This document shows, in pieces, positions 53,939 through 63,583 of a DNA stretch of 64,000 nucleotides; positions within the stretch are counted from its first letter, which is position 1; every line of letters starts with the position of its first letter. The notes under the pieces are model-generated. The model was not told the origin of the DNA, ran no database searches, and was given only the letters and a program-made list of their open reading frames with translations. Origin of the DNA: Octopus sinensis (taxonomy: Eukaryota); assembly GCF_006345805.1 (NCBI RefSeq), contig NC_043000.1, positions 91,388,001 through 91,452,000 on the forward strand. Reading direction: 5' to 3'. Position numbers and translations under genes: made by a program.

Positions 53939-54639
53939 ATACAGATAGATATGGATATAGATATAGATATATACATATGTATCATTGATGTGTGAAGGTG
54001 ATGCTGCTGAATATCATCGTAGAGATATGCAAGTTCAAATACTATGCATTTTTATTGTCCTGCTGTAACATGCAGTCTCTTGATGCTTAAATCCAGAGTG
54101 CATGTGCCTATGAAATTATATAATCTTACCACCTCACAAAACACTTATTTCTCAAACTGGTCTTTATAATTTCTATAAACACTACTCTCCACTTTTTATG
54201 CATAGAGCTTGGGGCAAGCAGTATAAAGCTTGTTGGCTCAATATCTAGATTCCTAGAAATGGGTGAGGGTCAACAAAGCTGTATGAGGGTACCGTTGGTT
54301 GTTATAATGGTTTTCATATGAAAGGTTGAAGCGCAGGAAATCTGTAGACGTTATGCAGAATGACTGAAAGATCACTCTGGCATTCAAATGATAATAACAT
54401 TTTTAGTATTAATTTGGTTATAGCTTTTGTTGTATGAGGGGTGCTGAAAAGAAAAGAAAAGAAAATGCAGGAGGATCACTCAATTATGATTTTATAAAAT
54501 ACACTCCTCTCTCTGATTCACACCTTTATTGCAGCGATCCTTCAGTCTTTTTTTTTTTTTTTGAAGTGCTGTGAAAGAATTCAGCCAGGTATTTCGCGAT
54601 CCTCTTTGATACAGGAAATTTTCAGCATCCCCTTGTATA

Positions 54640-54835
54640 TATGTGTAAGGACAGCAATTTAGAAGGAGGGCTGAAGCCAATTACATCGACCTCGGGGCTT
54701 AATAATGTACTTATTTTATCGACCCTAAAAAGATGAAAGGCAAAGCTGACCACAGCAGCATTTAAGCTCAGAACTTAAAGACAGGCGAAATGCTGCTAAG
54801 CATTTTCGCGGTGTGGTAAGAATTCCGCCAGCTCA
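54640..54835 (-). mobile_element. Family C SINE
   Basis: GTACTTATTTTATCGACCCTAAAAAGATGAAAGGCAAAG block. Confidence 0.7.
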
Positions 54836-54955
54836 TCTTTCTATGTATATTTGTAATATTAACTTCATTGCATATATTTTGATATATATATATATACATA
54901 TGTGTGTATGTATGTATCTACATACGTATATGCGTGTGTGTATATGAATGTAATG

Positions 54956-54986
<31 letters not shown>

Positions 54987-55131
54987 AAATAGAAAGATGA
55001 ATTTTCTTGTTACAGATTATTCAAAAGTTTAACCGATACCTGGGTAGCAAAAATCACAGCAGAAAATACACGGTTGGAGATAAGACCAGTTGGTGTTGCA
55101 ACCGTGCGTTGGTGCGGATAATTGAAGTTTA

Positions 55132-55533
55132 ATATTATTATTGAATGGAAGAAATGGAGTTGAACGAAGATTGTACAGAATTCCTTTTATTACATTCTAC
55201 ACATGTTTCAAAGGCCACAAATTTCCAAATTCTGATTAAATAAGGGTACATATTGTGGCTTTCTCATCAGGAAAAAACAGGAATTCCGTTGACAGAACAA
55301 AACAGAACAGAGGCGCAGCAATTCGAACGAGGAGGCTCTTTAAGAGCCCATGGCTGAACTGTTTTGTTCTGTCAACGGAATTCCTGTTTTTTCCTGATGA
55401 GAAAGCCACAATATGGTACCCTTATTTAATCAGAATTTGGAAATTTGTGGCCTTTGAAACATGTGTAGAATGTAATAAAAGGAATTCTGTACAATCTTCG
55501 TTCAACTCCATTTCTTCCATTCAATAATAATAT
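55132..55533. repeat. Near-perfect fold-back (about 173-bp arms, 54-nt spacer) with an HHR in each arm
   Basis: 55132-55304 vs 55359-55533, about one indel. Confidence 0.95.
55391..55470 (+). ncRNA. Type I hammerhead motif (mirror copy on minus strand in left arm)
   Basis: UUC-CUGAUGA-GAAAGCCACA...UGUGGCCUUU-GAAAC-AUGU-GUA-GAA. Confidence 0.6.
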
Positions 55534-56279
55534 ATATATATATATGTATGTACATACGTAAATATGTGTGAGTATATAAATTTATATATATATATATGTG
55601 TATGTATGTATATATGTATATATGTATATGCATATATATATATATATGTGTGTGTGTATGTGTGTATGAATGTATGTATGTAAGTATGTATGTATGTATG
55701 TATGTGTGTATGTATGTATGTATGTATGTATGTATGTATGTATATACATATACATATACATCTTGCTGCTACTACATTTCGTTCGGAGATTTATTATTGC
55801 TTGTTTTTCTTTTTTCGGGATCAGCGACGTTTTGTCACTGGAAAAAGCATATGTCTTTGCGTGCGAAATCACCTCTCATCTCTAAACGGTGATTGTCACA
55901 CGCTGATAACTGGTTAATACCCAGAAGCCCGGTTCCGTGTGTCAGGCTAGAAATGGGAACGATGATTTCTCTTCGCAAATACTGATCGGGCACAGACAGT
56001 GTGTCGTTAGCCAGCTGGAGGAGATATCTTCCTGGGGCTATAAACTAGAGTAGCATCGTCCCATATGGGTTAGCCACATTGAAGTGGCAAATATACTTTA
56101 CGATATAAATATATATATATATTTGAGTAGAAAAATGAAATATCTTTTTATGGATAATTCGTTTAACCGATACCTGGGTAGCAAATTCACATCAGAAATA
56201 ACACGGTTGAAGTTACGTGCCTAGGGCAGAGACTACGTGTTTTCGTGTGGAAATTTGTCTGTATTTTTATAAAATTTAT

Positions 56280-56569
56280 GAATAAATGAAAGAATGGAGT
56301 TGAACGACAAATTAACAAACTTCCTTTATTTTCGACATATGTTCGAAGGCTGCATATTCCTAATTGTGAAGGAATAAGGAGTACATTATAGTCATCTAAA
56401 AGTTTTGTGAATCTTGATGTTGACATAAATTCCTTGTTTTTCCTGATGAGAAAGCGGCATAATGTACTCCTTATTCCTTCACAATTAGGAATATGCATCC
56501 TTCGAAACATATGTCAAAAATAAAGGAAATTTGTTAATTTGTCGTTCAACTCCATTCTTTCATTTATTC
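56280..56569. repeat. Fold-back (about 110-bp arms) related to 55132-55533
   Basis: 56280-56389 vs 56459-56569. Confidence 0.95.
56427..56532 (+). ncRNA. Type I hammerhead ribozyme with intact core and long stem II
   Basis: CUGAUGA 56443-56449, GAAAC 56504-56508, palindromic ACAUAUGU, GUC 56513-56515. Confidence 0.75.
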
Positions 56570-56708
56570 CTATATATATAAATTATTACAGATATAGGGT
56601 AAAGAATTATTAATTTAATAAATTAATAAATTTTACCAAGTAGTTTCGGTATGAAAAGGAACCATATTCAGCAAAAGCTTATACAGAAAGTTTTTTTTTA
56701 TATATGAT

Positions 56709-56893
56709 TATAACAATAATTAAGGGTTTAGCGACAAGTTGCTTCACCACATGCCGAAAATTTAGAAATAGCAGCCAAAAGACCGTTATTTCTTTTTCCT
56801 ACAAAAAAAGAAATAACGGTCTTTTGGCTGCTATTTCTAAATTTTCGGTATGTGGTGAAGCAACTTGTTGCTAAACCCTTAATTATTGTTATA
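56709..56893. repeat. Fold-back (about 89-bp arms, about 7-nt loop)
   Basis: 56709-56797 vs 56805-56893; related sequence at about 410-490. Confidence 0.95.
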
Positions 56894-56915
56894 AATGTAT
56901 ATATATATATACATG

Positions 56916-57364
56916 TCTATCTATCTATCTATCCGCTCAGTCGAAGTCGACTCTCGGTTACTCGTTGGATCAGTGTCCTCCAGTCAGTTCTATCCTGGGC
57001 CGCTTCCTTCAGATTGGCTATGTCCATTCCGGTATCACTCTTGATGGTGTGAAGCCAGCGGATTCTTGGTCGGCCTCTTCCTCTCTTGCCACTGACCATT
57101 CCGAGCATGATGTCCTTCTCCAGGGATTTTCTCCGCATAATATGACCGAAATATGCCAATCTATGCTTGGTGATCCTAGCTTCTAGCGACATTTTCGGCC
57201 TGATCTGCTTAAGAACTTCTCCATTGGTGAGCATCGCTGTCCATGGAATCCGTAAAAGTCTTCTCCAACACCAAAGCTCGAATGCATTATTTCTCTTCTG
57301 GTCAGCTTTCTTTAGTGTCCTGGTCTCGCATCCATATGTTGCTATTGGGAAGACAATTGCATAT
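56916..57364 (-). mobile_element. RTE-BovB-like LINE, 5'-truncated, (TAGA)n tail
   Basis: Open frame IVFPIATYGCET...AFELWCWRRLLRIPWT...YFGHIMRR...GKRGRGRPRIRW...AAQDRTDWR...RLRLSG*. Confidence 0.92.
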
Positions 57365-57961
57365 TGACCCTCCCTTCTCGATTCCGAGATGTCATTGATT
57401 TGCTAATCCTTAGCAGCATATCAACAACATGTTTAGTGGCAGTTTGTCTGTCATTACATTCTGAGTTCATATTTCACTGAGGTCAAACAGGACATTCATC
57501 CTTGATGGAGAAAATAAGTACTAGCTGAACACTGAGGTTGATGTGTTCAACTTGTTCCTGCCCTTAAAACTTCAGGCCTTATAAAATTCGGATTTATGCA
57601 TTTGCCTATGGTTTTCAGCTTATGGATGTGCCTCTGGGGAAGAAGCTTTCATTCTAAGAATTCCAATCAAACCAATAGATACGCCATTTTTGTTCAAACG
57701 AACACAATTCCTTGCTTTACAATGTCTATTAATAAAGCTCAAGATCAGTCTTTGAAATCTACTGGCTTCCTTTTCTCATGGCCACCTTTAGGTTGGTTGC
57801 TCCAGGGTAGGGAGTTTGCAACACTTATTTTTCTATGCTCTAAGACAGAAAATAAAGATTATTGTTTACCCAGAAGTTCTTACGTAATTTCCTTCTACAT
57901 ATGTGGTAGAATTTATCTCCTTTCATAAACTTGATAAATTTTGTATTTCCTTTTACTATTA

Positions 57962-58056
<95 letters not shown>

Positions 58057-58057
<1 letters not shown>

Positions 58058-58450
58058 TATGTTTAACTTTTGCTTTACATTTGCACAAGCTGGCTCCAAG
58101 TCTCACCCAGAGACCTCACGAGACAACAAGTTGGAAGTTCATGTTGGTGTTATGCCTAGGATGCCATATATTTGGTTTTGTACTTAGTGTTGTACTAGTG
58201 AATGCCTAAAAAAAACATACGAAAATTATGTTTGTTTTAAAACTAGAGATTACAAAGAATGTATTTTGCGTAGGATATGAGCAGTTCCCATGAGCACTAT
58301 CTTTTGAATTTCTGCCATTTTGGGGTTTCCTGGTATCTGAGTTAGGTAGCAATCAGCCCCTTTTGCTATGATTCCCAGGGTACCTACGACAACAGGTATT
58401 GTTTTAGTCTTCAGGTTCCACATTTTGCTGATTTCTATTTCCAGATCTTT
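58057..58450 (-). mobile_element. R4/Dong-like LINE 3' fragment embedded in (TAA)n
   Basis: KDLEIEISKMWNLKTKTIPVVVGTLGII...EIQKIVLMGTAHILRKI; long (ATT)n arrays on both sides. Confidence 0.88.
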
Positions 58451-58454
58451 ATTA

Positions 58455-58500
<46 letters not shown>

Positions 58501-58580
58501 CATTATTATTATTATTATTATATTATTATTATATTATTATTATTATTATTGTTGTTGTTGTTATTATTATTATTATTATT

Positions 58581-58625
<45 letters not shown>

Positions 58626-58680
58626 CTTCTTCTTCTTCTTCTTCTTCTTATTATTATTATCACTATCATTATCATCATCA

Positions 58681-58740
<60 letters not shown>

Positions 58741-58859
58741 TATTATTATTATTATTTTGCATTATGAATTCAGAATTGATTTCCCAATTGAAGAATAGAT
58801 TGTATCCCAATTGAAGAATAAATTGAATTTGGAATAATTTGTATACAATATATTTTGTA

Positions 58860-59165
58860 TTCTGTTGTGTCTGGGGAGAGTCATTTTCTTTTTGTGCTTT
58901 ATAATGTAACACACTCACCATAAAATTTCCACTTATTTCTTATTTTTATTCTCCTAAAATTTTCGTTCAAGATGCAACGAAAATTTTAGGAAAATAAAAA
59001 TAAGAAATAAGTGGAAATTTTACCGGTGAGTGTGTTACATTATAAGGCACAAAAAGAAAATGACTCTCCCCAGACACAACAGAAAACGCTTCAGCACACG
59101 AACTCATATAAAGAATCTTCCAAACCAAATCTAAAAACGAAATATTTTGCATTTTTCTTCCAATA
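58860..59165. repeat. Fold-back element (arms 58860-58967 / 58976-59084) with extension to the right
   Basis: Same family as 17090-17442. Confidence 0.9.
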
Positions 59166-59214
59166 TATAAGGAAAAATTTCATTTCCGAGCAACGCCGGG
59201 TGCCTCTGCTAGTA

Positions 59215-59410
59215 GTCAGGACGCCATGATAGATCGTTAGCTCCTACACGCATTTTTTCTCTCCTTGTTTTTTTCTGTGTATCTTTCTGTCGAAGAGCGT
59301 AGGCTCGAAACGTAGAAGACTTTTTTTATTTCTATTCCTGAGCGCTATACTAATACATTTGTTTGTTTGTACCCCACCTGCCTTCGTCTTTTGTTTATTT
59401 TCGTAAACTT
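59215..59410 (+). mobile_element. PLE-like terminal-repeat remnant with A6U HHR variant
   Basis: UCUUU-CUGUCGA-A-GAGC-GUAG-GCUC-GAAAC-GUA-GAAGA at about 59282-59319. Confidence 0.6.
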
Positions 59411-59580
59411 TCTAATTATATATATATATAAATAGGTGAATGAATTAACCTATGTTTATCGTCAGCATGGAAAATTCGTTTAACCGAAACCTGAGTAGCA
59501 AATTCACGTCAGAAACACGGTTGAAGCGACCTGTCCAAGGGTAGAAACTCCGGGTTCATGTGCAAAAATTTGTGTGTTGT

Positions 59581-60174
59581 ATATGAATAAATGAAAGAAT
59601 GGAGTCGAACGAAGATGTTAACAAAATTCATTTACTCTCGACATATGTTTCGAAGACAACATGTTTTCATTCCAAAGGAATAAAGGGTGCATTATGCAAT
59701 CTTCTCATCAGGAAAGAAAGGGAGCCTCTCTCGACAACAAGACAATCAAAAATTTCGATGACTGCCTACATGGTAACCAAAACGATAATGAGTGTTTTTT
59801 AAAAAAACCGTTAGAAGAATTGACGTCAAAGATAGATAGTAGGAAGAGAAGGGTTAAAGGAATAATAGGTAGGGAACAAGTGGAGAGGGAAGGGTACGTT
59901 GATTGAAAGAATGTTCGAAGGCTTAGAAAAGAATTTCGCTATAGAAGTGGGGTGGACGTAAAGCTAATGGTTCAAACCCCAGTGACTAACGTTATTATTT
60001 ATATGAGTACAACGTACCCTTGTCTTGTTGTCGAGAGAGGCCCCCTTTCTTTCCTGATGATAAGATTGCATAATGCACCCTTAATTTCTTTGGAATGAAA
60101 ACATGTCTTCGAAACATATGTAAAGTAATTTTGTTAACATTTTCGTTCGACTCCATTCTTTCATTTATTCATAT
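59581..60174. repeat. Fold-back (about 160-bp arms, 275-nt spacer) with an HHR in each arm
   Basis: 59581-59745 vs 60021-60174. Confidence 0.95.
59635..59716 (-). ncRNA. Canonical type I hammerhead ribozyme
   Basis: CUUUC-CUGAUGA-GAAGA...UCUUC-GAAAC-AUAU-GUC-GAGAG: all core nucleotides, G10.1-C11.1, 5-bp stem I. Confidence 0.82.
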
Positions 60175-60280
60175 ATATATAATAATAATAATATTAGGGA
60201 ATAAATCCAAACTTACAGGGAAAAATTAGATTTAGGATTAAATCAAATTTTATAGTATAAATATATTATATTATATTATA

Positions 60281-61299
60281 TTAAATTAGAGATAAAACCA
60301 CTATTAGGCAAATCAAACAGTGAAAAACAAGCCAATACATAAAATTAATTTAAAACTATAAAAGTTTAAAATTAAAAAATTATTAAAATAATTTAAACTT
60401 ATAAATTTTAAATATATATATACAAATATATATATGTATATTTTTATATTTATATTATTTTGTTTATAGATTAATTAATTAATTAATTTTTTTTTAAATT
60501 TTTATTTTATTTATTTATTTTTGTAATTTTATTTTTTATTTTTTAGATAAATATCAAAAGTATTAAAAGTTTAATAAAAGATAAAGAGTAAAACACTACG
60601 ATCGTTTCATGGCTGTACCAATTCGAATAACAATAATTTTAATTCAGTTAATAATTCGAGTTATGGTTACATGTTAATTGAGATATTTTAAAAATAATCA
60701 GAAATATTTAAATAATCAGAAAATAATCAGAAATATTTAAACAATATTTTAAAGATATAAATAATATAATAATTTTACTTATAATAAACTCTATTATCAA
60801 ACTTGAAACTTAAAACTTAATAATTATGATTATATCAAGAACGATTATAATGTTAAATATTAAGTAAAATTAAAATTAAAATTAATATTTAACATTATAA
60901 TCGTTTTTGATATAATCATAATTATTAAGTTTTAAGTTTCAAGTTTGATAATAGAGTTTATTATAAGTAAAATTATTATATTATTTATATCTTAAAAATA
61001 TTGTTTAAATATTTCTGATTATTTTAAAAATATTTCAATTAACCTGAAGATTGACTGTAACCATAACTCGAATTATTAACTAAATTTAAATTATTGTTAT
61101 TCGAATTGGCACAGCCATGAAAGGATCGTAGTGTTTTACTCTTTATCTTTTATTAAACTTTTAATACTTTTGATATTTATCTAAAAAGATAAAAAAAAAA
61201 ATAAAAAAAAAAATAAAAAATAAAAAATAAATAAATAAATAAAAATAAATAAATAAATAAATTAATTAATTATTAATAAACAAAATAATATACAAATAT

Positions 61300-61371
<72 letters not shown>

Positions 61372-61506
61372 AAAAATGAGGTAATCAGATCGGATGGTTC
61401 ATATTATAGATATTTATTTATTATTACATTTTTTACATATATATCATATCATTCAGATCATATCATTCGGATTAGCGCTTTCTCCAATCGAGTGGGCTTT
61501 TCAAAT

Positions 61507-61540
<34 letters not shown>

Positions 61541-61557
61541 TATATATATATATATAT

Positions 61558-61596
<39 letters not shown>

Positions 61597-61739
61597 TATA
61601 TATAGATACATATATAATATATATATTTAGATTATTTATAATTGTTTATTTTAAACTTTTATAGTTTTAAATTAATTTTATGTATTGGCTTATGTTTGTA
61701 CAGTTTGATTTGCCTAATAGTGGTTTTATCTCTAATTTA
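60281..61739. repeat. Large AT-rich inverted repeat centred near 60872
   Basis: Inner arms 60541-60862 / 60883-61190; outer arms about 60281-60400 / 61620-61739; extra insertion in right arm. Confidence 0.9.
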
Positions 61740-62214
61740 TATTTATATATATATATATATATACATAAAACACACACCAACACACACACACACATATATA
61801 TAATATATATAATATATATATATTATATATATATATAATTCAAATTTACAGAAACAAAAGTCGGAAGAATGGAAAAGTATTTCACATCTCCAACGTACCC
61901 TCTTCGAAGGAAATTATTGAGAGGAAAAACACGGAGTGAAAACGTAATAAAAAAAGAAAAAGAAAAAGGAGAACGGAGAGAAAAACAAATGTATAGGTAT
62001 TAATGCTTCTGTATGATGAAATGACCACATACAGTAATGTTTGCTTTTATGTTATAATAAAAATAATTTTACATAAAGTGCAGGATTACTCAAAACTTTT
62101 GTAGGAGTGTGTATTTATCAATCTTTAAGAATTTGATATCTTAGCTGACCGAAACTTCAAAGCCACTGTCAATACTGTTCTTCTTAATGAAATATATATT
62201 GTTTTCTACTTTAG

Positions 62215-62565
62215 GTACAAGGCCTGAAATTTTAGGGAGAGGGCCAGTCGATTAGATCGACACTAGTATGCAGCTGATCCGAAAAGAATGACAGGTAAAG
62301 TCGACCGCGGCGGAATCTGAACTCAGAACGTAGCGGCAGACGAAATGCCTTTTTCTTTACAACCCACAAGGGGCCAAACACAGAGGAGACAAACAAGGAC
62401 AGACAGACGGATTAAGTCGATTATATCGACCACAGTGCTTAACTGGTACTGAATTTATCAACCCCGAAAGGATGAAAGGCAAAGTCGACCTCGGCGGAAT
62501 TTGAACTCAGAACCTAACGCATTTCCCTCGACGTGCTAACGTTTCTGCCAGCTCGCCATCTTGTT
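62215..62565 (-). mobile_element. Two tandem family C SINE copies
   Basis: AAAGTCGACC(T/G)CGGCGGAAT(T/C)TGAACTCAGAAC occurs twice. Confidence 0.8.
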
Positions 62566-62605
62566 AATGAATAATCTATATATGCATAGTAATATCTCTC
62601 TCTGT

Positions 62606-62680
<75 letters not shown>

Positions 62681-62944
62681 CGTATATAGGTCTGAGAGGT
62701 AATGGTGTCATTGAGATAAATAAAACCCTTGATTCAATAACACTATACTTGGAATGAGCAATTTTAAATACTATTGGATTTTACTCATAACATATTGGAA
62801 TCTTATATGTATACCATTTTTCCTAAGAAATATATCTACAAATACATTATCCCTACATATATCTCATCTATTTTCTTTCCTCCACCTCACTCTCTATTTT
62901 GTATCTTATCTTAATTAACTTTTACTTAACCACCCTCTCACACC

Positions 62945-62992
62945 GTCTTCGACGAAGGGATATAATAGATATCCAGGAAACAGCTGCAAGAC
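62945..62992 (+). ncRNA. Decayed type I hammerhead motif
   Basis: GUCU-UCGACGA-AG-GGAUA-uaauaga-UAUCC-AG-GAAAC-AGCU-GCA-AGAC. Confidence 0.45.
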
Positions 62993-63074
62993 CATCTATC
63001 TATAAATGTCCTAAAATCTACACAGCCTTGGTTTTTTTATCTCCTTACGAATATATATATATATATATATATCA

Positions 63075-63116
<42 letters not shown>

Positions 63117-63343
63117 GCAAATAAGAAAATAGAGGAGAACAATAGGTGGTTCATCAACTTTTAGACATTAAATTATGTTAACTTATTTATTACTAAACTG
63201 ATAATTACAATAACATACACAACATAACATATTATTCTTTACATATAAGAAAAAGATATAAAACATAGTAATATATATCAGTAATTATATATCAGTAATA
63301 TATATCAGTAATTATTATAAAAACATGGATATAAATTTGTAAA

Positions 63344-63472
63344 ATAACTTACAGCTGTTTCAGCCAATAGATAAAAATACCTCATTCTACCTTTATTACT
63401 CAAGTGGATTGAGGTAATAGGTAAATGAATATGAGGTACTTGTATATATCTCTAAGCTTTGTCAGAGATTAT
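63344..63472 (-). ncRNA. Type I hammerhead motif, G8A, very long stem II
   Basis: AUAAUCU-CUGACAA-AGC...UACCUCAU...AUGAGGUA...GCU-GAAAC-AGCU-GUA-AGUUAU. Confidence 0.6.
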
Positions 63473-63540
63473 AAAGTACAAATGTTAAGTTATAATAAAT
63501 ATAAATATAAATATAAAATAAACAATATACACACACATTT

Positions 63541-63583
<43 letters not shown>

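Noticed and set aside
55953-56063. Box C/D snoRNA interpretation of the terminal stem region
   Set aside because: No proper RUGAUGA box C or terminal CUGA box D, and no rRNA complementarity I could recognise.
56161-56212. miRNA-hairpin or type III hammerhead reading of the shared flank motif
   Set aside because: Only about 7 contiguous pairs; core reads CUGGGUA or CUGAGUA and stems do not fit.
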